Shown one piece after another: positions 1-9,323 of a DNA stretch of 64,000 nucleotides (position 1 is its first letter; the number at the start of each line of letters is the position of its first letter). The notes under the pieces are model-generated. The model saw only the letters and a program-made list of their open reading frames with translations, did not search any database and was not told the DNA's origin. The DNA comes from an uncultured virus (IMG/VR IMGVR_UViG_3300020178_000825) (Duplodnaviria; Heunggongvirae; Uroviricota; Caudoviricetes). The DNA lies in the IMG/VR virus record IMGVR_UViG_3300020178_000825, positions 62,001-126,000 of that record; one strand, given 5' to 3'. The translations under genes and the position numbers were made by a program.

Positions 1-2721
1 GATTGATGGATATAGGTAGTAGTATAGACCCGATAATTGAGAGCGTTCCACCCCACCATATCTTAAATCGGTAATCACACCATCCAAAATATATCCAGTA
101 TCTCTTCTACATTTTGCTTCGTTATATGAGAAGTTTGGATATGTTGTATTAATATATGTAATCGTTTCGTCTTGAATTAGAGAACGATTTTGTAATAGTG
201 TATCAGCGATAGTAAGTGTAGATGCCGATTGAGTTACGAATGTTTCGTTTTTAGCTAACTTCTGAGCTATCCTCTTAGCGTACTTAATACCATCAATTGT
301 TTGATTTAATTGTCCACCAACAGTACTATTATTTACAGTTGCCTGGGATGGGTATTTGTAATAGAAATTACCAGCGATTACACTTCTCTCATTACCACCA
401 TATTTGATATCAGTTGCTACCGCATCTATGATGTATCCCAAATCTCTTACACACTTAGCTTCATTGTACTCAAATGTACTCCAAGAAGAACTTACATATG
501 CAATAGATTCGGATTGTATAAATCGTTTATTTTCAAACAATAAGCTGTATGCATTATCAGCCTCAGCAGTTGTTTCTACAAAAGTTGTATCTGATAATAT
601 ATTATCAACCATACCAGCAACATATTTGATTGCCGTTAGGGTTGGGTCTTTTTGAGTTGTTGTTGCATCCGATGGATAGAGGTAATAGAAGTTACCATTT
701 CTCACCGATTCTTCATTACCACCATATAATAAATCATGCGCAGCACCACTTACGATATAACCAACATCTCTCTTACAAGTAGTTTGGTTGTATTCAAACT
801 CACTCCAAGACGAACTCAAATAAGCAATCGTTTCTTCTTGAATAAATGGAATGTTTTCAATTAGTAATGCGTAAGCATTTTGATAATCAATCGTTGGATT
901 TTCGTTTGAACTACTCTGAATAATTGCTGGTGCTGAACCTGTTCCATTATCCAAAATATTATATACAATAGATAACGAAGAACTTACTGCTTCTCTAACA
1001 TTTAATGATGAAGATAAATCAGTAATATATTGAGTTGTATCGGTTACCTTAAACGATTGAGATGTATTTAATTTTATTTCTGGAATAAAATCTAAACCAT
1101 TTTCTATGATGGAAATAATAGTATCAAATCGTTCACCAATTGTATCTTCCGTAATATCAGATACCGGTGATGATTTGTATTGCTCGACATCACTTATTTT
1201 AATTGAAGAACTAACATTATCTACATAAATGTATGATGATGTAGCTGCATTACCTCTTTCAATTATATCTAAAACAATATCATAATTAGTATTGATTGTA
1301 CTTAAATCATCTTCAGATGCCGTAGTTGATGAAGTTATTTGATTATCACCACTAACATTCCATACTGAACCCGAATTATATCCTCTATCCGATGATACGG
1401 CTAAAATAGGAATTTTATTTTCAACTCCTCTTTCAATCAAATTAGATATTAATCTATAATCAGATACAACTGTTTTTGCATCTTTATCACTTGCTTGTGC
1501 ACCTGTATTGAATTTTTGTAATTCATTAGTTACTTTAATACCATCTTCAGTATTTGTAACTAAATCAGGAATTTCACCCAATCCCCTTTCAATTGTATCA
1601 ACAATAATTGAGTAATTATCTTGTACATTTAAAAATGCTTCAGTATTACCACCACTACCAGTGATGAAACGAGAACCAGACGCATACATACCAAAATCAC
1701 CAAATGAAGTGTTGGAGTTAAGTAATACTGCTTGCCCACCATCAATTACTTTTACTGAATATGCAGAGAAGTTTGTGAAGAACGATACTAACTGAATAAA
1801 TCCTCTACCTACAACTTGACAACCAACACCGTTTGGTGCAACCTGTGTATATGCATCAAGTACCATTGAAGCAAGAGGTGAATCAGGATGAATTCTATTA
1901 CCATCTACATTCAATCCACCACCACCAGCAGGAATATCCTCATATGCTTCTAAGAATGAGTTTTCCTGATTGGAAATCATTGAACAGTTCTGAACATAAG
2001 GAGATGTTGTAATAAATGCGTTTGGAGCAAATGATATTGCAAAACCTTTCTGGGAATCATCAACTGATGGAAATACTCTTAATCCAGCAAAAGTCATCTC
2101 TGCTAAATAGTTACCACTATTTACCCAAAATAAATCTTCGTTTTCATTCTTAGCAACAACTTTGGTAACCCTTAAACCAGCTCCCCAAACAGTTGTGTTT
2201 CTTGGAAGTTCAACTGGATTATCTTCTAAGTAAGTACCAGCTTGTACATCAATTCTAAAACCAGTAAAGTTGGAACCAGTTGGTAAACCATATCTACCAT
2301 CATCACCAGGAGTTACTATCTGAGCTGCTCTCTTAATTGTTCTAACTGGGAATTGTGGTGAACGTCCATCATTGGAATCATCACCTCTAGTAGCAGATAC
2401 ATAAACTGTTGCATCACTACCTCCGAATTCTGCTACTGGAATACCACCAAATCTTTGAGTATCAACCGATACATCAGAAAAAGATGCGGTTGCATCTAAT
2501 CTACTTTCTGCTCTAGCAAATGTTAAATCACCATCAATATTAATTGAACCAGTAATTTGAACCGAACCAGTTATTCTTTGTGGTGTGGTTAAATCATTAC
2601 CAATATCGATTGATTGAGAAACTAAAAGAGAACCAGATATAAAGACAGAATTACCTACGGATATACTATCCCTAAAAATATTTACTTCTTCAATCTGCTT
2701 TTGTGGTATTAATCTAGCCAT
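1..2721 (-). CDS. Large virion fibre/structural protein (3' end runs off the window): beta-helix-like region then helical repeats
   Basis: Not in the ORF track because no stop lies in the window. ATG at 2721 gives MARLIPQKQIEEV...; contains YVSATRGDDSNDGRS...RTIKRAA, AGTYLEDNP and SPYVQNCS (pectin-lyase-like phage fibre motifs), then ~50-aa IIERG repeats and three ~110-aa CxRDxGYI repeats. Confidence 0.8.
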   Translation of the reverse strand, partial: MARLIPQKQIEEVNIFRDSISVGNSVFISGSLLVSQSIDIGNDLTTPQRITGSVQITGSINIDGDLTFARAESRLDATASFSDVSVDTQRFGGIPVAEFGGSDATVYVSATRGDDSNDGRSPQFPVRTIKRAAQIVTPGDDGRYGLPTGSNFTGFRIDVQAGTYLEDNPVELPRNTTVWGAGLRVTKVVAKNENEDLFWVNSGNYLAEMTFAGLRVFPSVDDSQKGFAISFAPNAFITTSPYVQNCSMISNQENSFLEAYEDIPAGGGGLNVDGNRIHPDSPLASMVLDAYTQVAPNGVGCQVVGRGFIQLVSFFTNFSAYSVKVIDGGQAVLLNSNTSFGDFGMYASGSRFITGSGGNTEAFLNVQDNYSIIVDTIERGLGEIPDLVTNTEDGIKVTNELQKFNTGAQASDKDAKTVVSDYRLISNLIERGVENKIPILAVSSDRGYNSGSVWNVSGDNQITSSTTASEDDLSTINTNYDIVLDIIERGNAATSSYIYVDNVSSSIKISDVEQYKSSPVSDITEDTIGERFDTIISIIENGLDFIPEIKLNTSQSFKVTDTTQYITDLSSSLNVREAVSSSLSIVYNILDNGTGSAPAIIQSSSNENPTIDYQNAYALLIENIPFIQEETIAYLSSSWSEFEYNQTTCKRDVGYIVSGAAHDLLYGGNEESVRNGNFYYLYPSDATTTQKDPTLTAIKYVAGMVDNILSDTTFVETTAEADNAYSLLFENKRFIQSESIAYVSSSWSTFEYNEAKCVRDLGYIIDAVATDIKYGGNERSVIAGNFYYKYPSQATVNNSTVGGQLNQTIDGIKYAKRIAQKLAKNETFVTQSASTLTIADTLLQNRSLIQDETITYINTTYPNFSYNEAKCRRDTGYILDGVITDLRYGGVERSQLSGLYYYLYPSI

Positions 2722-2723
2722 TA

Positions 2724-3107
2724 TTATAGAATCTCTGCAATTTTACCTTTAACTTCAAAATCAGTTCTAACCACATCGGCAGGAACTCGAGTAATATTTT
2801 CCGTAAATGTTATGGTTATTGATGTATCATCAAATGTAACACCATACCTATCGTTTGGTTGCTTTACTCCATATAAATATACATCTAAATAATCTTTCGA
2901 ATCCGCAACAACTAAATCCTCATAAACAAATCTATATCCATTTAATACCAATGTAAAGTTATCACCATCTAAAGAAATTGAAGTGGGTATTACTTCAAAA
3001 ATGAATGTATCATCAATTACCTCCAATACAAAGTTTTTAAAAGATAACCTATCTCTTTTTTTGGTAATACTACCTAAATCTATATGTGGTTTTGGTCTTG
3101 TTGGCAT
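2724..3107 (-). CDS. Hypothetical virion protein (small beta-sandwich-like module)
   Basis: 127-aa ORF in the neck operon; shares a DVYLxG...ITF...D.EV.GK pattern with its two upstream neighbours. Confidence 0.6.
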   Translation of the reverse strand: MPTRPKPHIDLGSITKKRDRLSFKNFVLEVIDDTFIFEVIPTSISLDGDNFTLVLNGYRFVYEDLVVADSKDYLDVYLYGVKQPNDRYGVTFDDTSITITFTENITRVPADVVRTDFEVKGKIAEIL

Positions 3108-3481
3108 TATCTTACTCTTTCTAAATCTCCTTCGATTTTAACTTCATCAGTAACTTCAAATGCCCAAGGTTGTCCATAATTTGGGTCATTTGGATTTTCA
3201 ATAGTTGTTGGAAAATTTGCTCTTATAAATTTGATATGAAAATCATTTCCAATTTGTTTATATTCGTAATCTCTAGGTGCAATATAACCACCCCATACAA
3301 ATACATCAAATCTATTTTGTTCTTTTCGTTTAGTAGATAATCTACTATCTAAAGTTTTTAATCTACAATTTTCTACTTTCCAAATCCAATATAAAGGATG
3401 AACTAAGTCGTGAGGAACCATAACGAATTCATTTGGTTCGTTAACTTCCTTCATTATATTTTTTAGTGTCTTTATATTCAT
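3107..3481 (-). CDS. Hypothetical virion protein
   Basis: 124-aa ORF overlapping both neighbours; RFDVFVWGG...DEVKIEGDL module. Confidence 0.6.
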   Translation of the reverse strand: MNIKTLKNIMKEVNEPNEFVMVPHDLVHPLYWIWKVENCRLKTLDSRLSTKRKEQNRFDVFVWGGYIAPRDYEYKQIGNDFHIKFIRANFPTTIENPNDPNYGQPWAFEVTDEVKIEGDLERVR

Positions 3482-4566
3482 AGTTGTTCAAATTTACCTA
3501 CAATATCCACTTCATCATTTGCATCTAATTGAAATCCTAAAGTTTCATTAAAAGTAAATGATATTTCATTTGTACTTCCATTAAAAGAATAAGTGTAAGT
3601 AGATGCCGGTTTGAATTCAGTATTTATGTAAACTCTAAACCAATTTAATGTATCAAACGAACCAATTAATTCAGTTGGTAAAACCGGCTTTCTTACATTT
3701 GTTATTTTTACAATAGCACCATCACCAGTAACGGCATCACCACCATTAACTAATTCAGCTCTTTGTGAACTTCGTATTGCTACAAAATCTATAACATTCT
3801 GATATTCATTATATATGTTGGGATTAGTAAATGTTAATCCACTTAAATCTGTTTCAACACCCCATACAACTTTCTTAGGGGTAAATGTTTTTTTAACAGT
3901 TGGTTTTTCATCATATGTTTCAGGAAGTAAATAAGCGTTTACTACCATAGTGAAAGAAGTTCTAATGATTCTTTCTGAACCTTCTCCCACTTCTTGTTGG
4001 TTATCAAATGAATCAATACGAGTTCTAAATTTGAATCCATCTTCTTTACCCCAATATCTATCAGTAGCATATTGAAATGCTTCTACAATCTTATTCATAT
4101 GTTCGGTAAATGATGTCCAAATCATTACCTCATAAGTTACCGTTACATAATCAGGAACCGAAACTTCATATTGTTCAAATGCTTTTTTTGCTCCAGTTTG
4201 TAATGAAAATCTTTCGTATCTATTTTGAGAAGAATATTTTTTGTAAGCTGGTAAGGTGTTTATATCCTTAAATTGTGCTAAGTTTGTATCTCTTTCGATG
4301 GAATTTCTTTTGAACATTACTAAAGGAATTTGAATCTTACCCCTTTGGTCTCTCAAATATCCTTTTGCTCGAGCATTATTCCATCTTTCAGCATTTCCGT
4401 AAAGTAGAGGAACTTTAACTTTACTATTGTGTTCTTCTACATCAGGAATGATAGTATCCACCATATACTCTGCAATAGTAGTATCTACATCTAAAAGTTT
4501 TACACCTTTAGTGTATTCTGGTTTGATACCTCTTTGTAATGCTCTATTTGTTTCTTTCTTATTCAT
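3478..4566 (-). CDS. gp15: Tail terminator / sheath stabiliser (T4 gp15-like) with C-terminal extension
   Basis: KVPLLYG, IPLVMF, VPDYVTVTYEVMIWT and MNKIVE motifs; follows gp13- and gp14-like genes. Confidence 0.7.
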   Translation of the reverse strand: MNKKETNRALQRGIKPEYTKGVKLLDVDTTIAEYMVDTIIPDVEEHNSKVKVPLLYGNAERWNNARAKGYLRDQRGKIQIPLVMFKRNSIERDTNLAQFKDINTLPAYKKYSSQNRYERFSLQTGAKKAFEQYEVSVPDYVTVTYEVMIWTSFTEHMNKIVEAFQYATDRYWGKEDGFKFRTRIDSFDNQQEVGEGSERIIRTSFTMVVNAYLLPETYDEKPTVKKTFTPKKVVWGVETDLSGLTFTNPNIYNEYQNVIDFVAIRSSQRAELVNGGDAVTGDGAIVKITNVRKPVLPTELIGSFDTLNWFRVYINTEFKPASTYTYSFNGSTNEISFTFNETLGFQLDANDEVDIVGKFEQL

Positions 4567-5021
4567 TAGATAACTCTCATTTCAGTTTGAATAGTACTTC
4601 TTCTTGTCATAAATGTTGAACAAATGATTGAGAATTTCTCTCCACTTTGTCCACCAATTAGTTGGTCCTCTCTTACATTATCGATTTCAAAATATGCATC
4701 ATTGTGCATGATAATATCACCGATTTCTGGATAGAACCCTTTATCTTTTAACTTAATACGATTGAATCTGAACTCTACATTTTGTCCACTATCCGGTCCA
4801 AATCCTTCGTAAGAAATAGAAGAATCATCTCTTTCAATCACTGCAGTACATTCTGTACCTTGATAATATGATTTATTTAGAGATTCACCATAAAGGTTTG
4901 TTGAAATATCATCAATAGCAAGTTTGAATAGAACTACCGTAGTTTCAATTACAGCATCTACCAACTCTCTTGAAATTGATTCAAAGAATCTTATATCTCT
5001 ATCTAATGCAAATCTTGGCAT
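4566..5021 (-). CDS. gp14: Neck / head-closure protein (T4 gp14-like)
   Basis: NLYGES, FG, YPEIGDII and YFEIDNV motifs; synteny between gp13-like and gp15-like genes. Confidence 0.65.
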   Translation of the reverse strand: MPRFALDRDIRFFESISRELVDAVIETTVVLFKLAIDDISTNLYGESLNKSYYQGTECTAVIERDDSSISYEGFGPDSGQNVEFRFNRIKLKDKGFYPEIGDIIMHNDAYFEIDNVREDQLIGGQSGEKFSIICSTFMTRRSTIQTEMRVI

Positions 5022-5022
5022 C

Positions 5023-6171
5023 TTATCCGGTGTATATCGTTAATGGAACTTTTCGTAACATTTCTTGCTGATAATTAGATTCGTTATTTCTAATTTCAAA
5101 CTGATTTTTTCTACTTAACTCTTCTAAGTTTTCTCTGAGTTGTTCAATCAAAGCATCTTTTTCAGTTTGAGCTTCAGCTCGTAATGCTGCTCCATCCAAC
5201 GATATTTCGGAACCAGGAATAGGTACTGAACTATATTTTTCTCTGATTGCTCCTAATAGTTCTTTAGCAAGAGCAAGTGAATATTTTCTAATCCATTGTT
5301 TACCCACATCATTTATAGATGTATATGGGATAAAATCATATCCAACATTTGAGTAATCCGATACTACATCAGATGTTACCGATGTTGAGTTTTGAATAAA
5401 TTCATCTCTAACAAAATATTCAAACCATAACTTACCAGCAGTTGTTGGGATTGGAAAAATTTGTAATTTATTATTTACGATATTAAATGAGTGTGCTGAT
5501 TTTCTAATAGTATCATTAAACTCAATTGCCTGCATTCTTAATACATCTTCAAATATTGGCATTAACACAAATTGTGCTGCCGGTGAAAATGAACCAAATC
5601 CAAACTCATCAATTAAATTTAGAGTACCTTGTCCACTTACCGAATAAGGGTCAAAGAATCTATTTACCGCTGGAGTTGCTTCGTGAAATACTGTTGTTAC
5701 ATCAATTCGGTTTCCGCTTTCACTTACATTAGCAAATAAAATATCTAAATCGTAATTTTGTTTACCCGCTACCAAATCAATAGAACCACTTTTAATATCA
5801 GTATTACCACCAACACCAGCTAATGTACCATAAGCATCTGAAATGGCTACTAAATCAGGTAGATTTGAACCTTGTACCAACTTTCCACTATAATTTGTAC
5901 CAGTTGGATTTCCTTTTAATGTATCTAAGTTATTTCTAATGTTGAATTGATTAACTTGTGCAGCATACTCTGCAGTAGCTTCTTCAAAACAAGCAAACAA
6001 ACTTTCATCAACTAATTCCACATTTTGTATGGGATATCCTAATCTTTTTGCACACCAATTAGCTATTTTGGGAGCATCGGCTTGGAACTCAGAATCAGAA
6101 TCATAAGTTCCGAATGGAGTATCTCCTACTGAAAATGATGATGAACCAGGGTATATGTATTCTACTGACAT
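5023..6171 (-). CDS. gp13: Neck protein / head-tail adaptor (T4 gp13-like)
   Basis: RLGYPIQNVEL at the N-terminus; WIRKYSLALAKELLGAIREKY..PIPG...LDG at the C-terminus. Confidence 0.8.
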   Translation of the reverse strand: MSVEYIYPGSSSFSVGDTPFGTYDSDSEFQADAPKIANWCAKRLGYPIQNVELVDESLFACFEEATAEYAAQVNQFNIRNNLDTLKGNPTGTNYSGKLVQGSNLPDLVAISDAYGTLAGVGGNTDIKSGSIDLVAGKQNYDLDILFANVSESGNRIDVTTVFHEATPAVNRFFDPYSVSGQGTLNLIDEFGFGSFSPAAQFVLMPIFEDVLRMQAIEFNDTIRKSAHSFNIVNNKLQIFPIPTTAGKLWFEYFVRDEFIQNSTSVTSDVVSDYSNVGYDFIPYTSINDVGKQWIRKYSLALAKELLGAIREKYSSVPIPGSEISLDGAALRAEAQTEKDALIEQLRENLEELSRKNQFEIRNNESNYQQEMLRKVPLTIYTG

Positions 6172-6200
6172 AAATTATTCCTCTCTTTTAATATCGTATC

Positions 6201-6208
6201 TATAAATA
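6201..6208 (-). promoter_or_regulatory. Putative phage late promoter TATTTATA
   Basis: About 30 nt upstream of the gp13-like start; the same motif recurs before many structural genes. Confidence 0.6.
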
Positions 6209-6245
6209 TAAAGAAATATAAGAATAGTGTTTTTATAAGAAGCAT

Positions 6246-6275
6246 AAAAAAAGAGGGAAGATTTCTCTCCCCTCT
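6246..6275 (-). terminator. Intrinsic terminator after major capsid gene
   Basis: Minus strand AGAGGGGAGA-GAAA-TCTTCCCTCT followed by a T run. Confidence 0.8.
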
Positions 6276-6301
6276 AATTTATAATCCTAAATTACTTCAG
6301 A

Positions 6302-7918
6302 TTAGATAGATGCTAAATCTTTAACATAAATCTTACCATAGTACTCAGGTCTTACCATCTTCTTAGCGTATCTCGTCATAACACCTCTTCTTGGAGTGAA
6401 GTTAGTTGGGTCATACACTAATGGAGTCATAATAAGTGGTACATACGGAGCGTAAACAGCACCAGTTTCTAGGAAGTTGCTTCCTCTAAATCCTAATAAG
6501 ATTTCGTTAGAAGTCATATAAGGGTTTTTGTAAACTGTGTATCTGTTAGCAATCGCACCTACTGAAGTTACACCAGCAGCGAAAGACATTGCATCTTTAT
6601 CAGCTGAAACAGTAAATCCAGGGATTGATTCTAAGATAGTACATACATCAGGAGATGCTACTACAAAGTTAGCTCCACCTCTTAATGTTAATTGGTGAAT
6701 CTTATTAGATACTTTGTTTAATTTAGTACCTAAAGTTTGGAACCAAGTGTTCTTTTGGTATGCAACACCAGCAGTTCCAGCAGACCATACACCAGTTGAA
6801 GAGTTGTACTCCTCACCGATTGTAGCTGACCAGTACTCAGTAGTCAATGCGTTAGACTTTAACATATCTAAGATTTCTAAATCAATCTCTAATGAGATGT
6901 AATCAGATAACATAGAAGTTAATTCAGCTTCAGCATCGATTGAGTGGTAAGCGTTAAGGTCTTGCGCCAACTCAGGAGTCCACACAGCCTTTAACTTTCT
7001 AGTCTTAGCAACAATTGCTTCAGATTTCAATTCTAAGTCAACTTCTGGGATATCGATATCAGTACCGAAAGTACCAGAACCAGCAACTTTACCAGTGTTC
7101 ATTCCATCTTCGAAATCACCTCTTGAGTAATCAGCAGGAACTACTGAGTAAGTTAAGATAGCGAAATCTGCAGCAGATGTACCATATCCAGCAGATGCAG
7201 ATACGAACATTACTAAGTTAGAACCAGCAGCACCGTTGAATTGGTTGATAGTAGTTACGATTTCATCATCAGAGATGTTGAAAGAGTTAGCACCATCTAA
7301 ATCAGCAGTTGCAGGAGCAGCGAAAGTAAGTTTAGCGATTTCACCATCAGAAATTGATTGTGATAAAGAAGCGTCAAATCCTACCTCTGCCCAAGAAGCT
7401 GAAGCGAATGTGATATCACCTACAGCGATAGAAGCAGTTACATCATTTGCAGAGTATCCGAATCTACCATCTCCGTAAAGACCGTTTTCAGCAACATTAG
7501 TTGAACCTACATCCGAACCATCACCACCGAAAAGAGATTTTCCAGAGAATGCTGGGTTACCACCTTGCGCAGTACCATATTTGAAATCAAGATAGAATAC
7601 AAGTCCAGAAGGTAAGTTCATAGGTTGTACACTAACGAATTCTTTAGAAGCAATCTCACCAAAGATTCTTCTTACTAAAGGTAAAGCTACACCGCTCCAC
7701 TCTTCAGAGTTATTAGCAACACCAGTTTGTGATGCTTCATCAAGCAATTGTTTTGCTTGGTTTTCTAAAAGAACAGACATTGCGCCTTGCTCTTTCTCAT
7801 TTAAACCTTCAAGAAGACCTGTATTTTCCCACTTAGACTTTAATTGTCTAGTTTCAGCCAACATAACTGACTGAGGGTTTTTGCCTTCCATTAGTTTAGA
7901 TAAATCAAAATTTGCCAT
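6302..7918 (-). CDS. gp23: Major capsid protein (T4 gp23 family)
   Basis: LPLVRR, VSVQPMNLPSGLVFYLDF, AKTRKLKAVWTPELAQDLNAYH, YAPYVPL and FTPRRGVMTRYA motifs. Confidence 0.97.
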   Translation of the reverse strand: MANFDLSKLMEGKNPQSVMLAETRQLKSKWENTGLLEGLNEKEQGAMSVLLENQAKQLLDEASQTGVANNSEEWSGVALPLVRRIFGEIASKEFVSVQPMNLPSGLVFYLDFKYGTAQGGNPAFSGKSLFGGDGSDVGSTNVAENGLYGDGRFGYSANDVTASIAVGDITFASASWAEVGFDASLSQSISDGEIAKLTFAAPATADLDGANSFNISDDEIVTTINQFNGAAGSNLVMFVSASAGYGTSAADFAILTYSVVPADYSRGDFEDGMNTGKVAGSGTFGTDIDIPEVDLELKSEAIVAKTRKLKAVWTPELAQDLNAYHSIDAEAELTSMLSDYISLEIDLEILDMLKSNALTTEYWSATIGEEYNSSTGVWSAGTAGVAYQKNTWFQTLGTKLNKVSNKIHQLTLRGGANFVVASPDVCTILESIPGFTVSADKDAMSFAAGVTSVGAIANRYTVYKNPYMTSNEILLGFRGSNFLETGAVYAPYVPLIMTPLVYDPTNFTPRRGVMTRYAKKMVRPEYYGKIYVKDLASI

Positions 7919-7947
7919 TTTATTTTTCCTTTTTAATGTTAGTTAAA

Positions 7948-9108
7948 TTATTTGATATTAGCTAATTGTTTAAATCTTTCAGCTAATACATTTGTGTTTT
8001 CAGAAATAATTTCTTTTGCAGGTGCAGTAGAAGCAACTGGTTTAGATGCAGCTTCAGCTACAACTTTCTTAGTTCTCTTCTCAGTTCCTGTAAAATTCAT
8101 TGATTCTGCTAACGTAGCGTAAACTAATTTTACTTCTCTAACAGATGATGTTCTGTCTAAGTTTTCAACAACTTTAGATTTTTGCTCATTGTTTAAGTTA
8201 TAAGCTCTGAACAATCTATTAGCGTATAATAATTTTGCGTTAAGAAGGTTTACTTCGTTGATGGTAGATTGTAGAGTCTTAACAGTTGAAAGAGCTTCTT
8301 CTAATTCAGTTTGTAGTCTAACTACCTCTTCATTAGCCTCTTCTTCGTGTTCTTCTTCTTCAATTTCTTCTTCACCTTCGCCGTATCCCATTTCTCTAAG
8401 AATTTCATCCAAGTCGATTTCATCATCCTCATCTTCATCTTCATCTTCATCTTCAGCTTCAGCTTCTTCAGCTTCTTCTTCAGAATCCATTTCGATTTCA
8501 TCTTCTTCGGATACTTCATCCTCATGTTCTTCTTCAGATACTTCTTCTTCAGAATCCATTTCCTCTTCAGAAATTTCTTCTTCATCTTCCATACCCATTT
8601 CAAGTTCTCTAATGATAGACTCCAAATCTAACTCATCTTCTTCTTCTTCAATTTCTTCTTCAGATTCTTCTTCTTCGATTTCATCTTCCTCTTCAGAAAT
8701 TTCTTCTTCAGATTCTTCTTCTTCGATTTCAGATTCTTCTTCTTCCGAAATTGTAGCGTCATCAGCGTTAGTTGGGTCCTCAACAGAACCTTCACCTTCT
8801 TCCAACTCGTCTCCTACCTCTGCAGTTTCTTCTTCAGATTCAGGTCCAAGTTCGGTGTGTGCGTCAGATGCAACATCAGATGGTTCAACTGGAGAATCCT
8901 CATCACCGTTACCAATATCACTTGAATCTAATTCCTCTTCGATTTCTTCCTCTTCACCTTCCATTTCAGCTTGTAGCTTCTTTGATAGGATTGATTGTAA
9001 TCTTGGAGTAAATGCTTCCTCAAGTGCAATCTTAGCGTTAGCGATTGCAGTTTCTCTTACAGCTTTAGCATCCGCAATTGCTTCTTTTAACAATTTTGAA
9101 TTTGCCAT
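7948..9108 (-). CDS. Prohead core / scaffold protein
   Basis: Very Glu-rich 386-aa protein immediately upstream of the capsid gene; many (I/L)xE sites; C-terminal RFKQLANI. Confidence 0.75.
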   Translation of the reverse strand: MANSKLLKEAIADAKAVRETAIANAKIALEEAFTPRLQSILSKKLQAEMEGEEEEIEEELDSSDIGNGDEDSPVEPSDVASDAHTELGPESEEETAEVGDELEEGEGSVEDPTNADDATISEEEESEIEEEESEEEISEEEDEIEEEESEEEIEEEEDELDLESIIRELEMGMEDEEEISEEEMDSEEEVSEEEHEDEVSEEDEIEMDSEEEAEEAEAEDEDEDEDEDDEIDLDEILREMGYGEGEEEIEEEEHEEEANEEVVRLQTELEEALSTVKTLQSTINEVNLLNAKLLYANRLFRAYNLNNEQKSKVVENLDRTSSVREVKLVYATLAESMNFTGTEKRTKKVVAEAASKPVASTAPAKEIISENTNVLAERFKQLANIK

Positions 9109-9258
9109 TTTACTTTTTATTTTTAAAATTTGCTGAAGTTATTTGAGGAACCTCAATATAGAATAGTGTAAATTGGTTGTTCGGTCACTAAACATTAAAA
9201 GTTAGTATTCATTAACCAATGAAACCCACATAGTCGTGGGTTATTATACGAATAAATA
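9109..9258 (-). promoter_or_regulatory. Late promoter (TATTTATT, 9251-9258) plus structured 5' leader of the scaffold-capsid operon
   Basis: Hairpin AACCCAC/GTGGGTT, stem ATTGGTT/AACCAAT with inner ACTAA/TTAGT, and hairpin TTGAG/CTCAA within about 140 nt. Confidence 0.5.
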
Positions 9259-9323
9259 TATAAAAATTTATAAAACAATAAAAAACTAAAGAAAATTATA
9301 AGTTTTTTATAGAATTGGTGTAG

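Noticed and set aside
8340..8960. TCTTCTTC-rich repetitive DNA resembling an array
   Set aside because: Encodes poly-Glu scaffold repeats; no constant repeat with unique spacers, so not CRISPR.
8258..9136. 292-aa Ser-rich plus-strand ORF and overlapping Phe-rich and Lys-rich ORFs
   Set aside because: Shadows of the GAA-rich scaffold gene in antisense or shifted frames; no independent signals.
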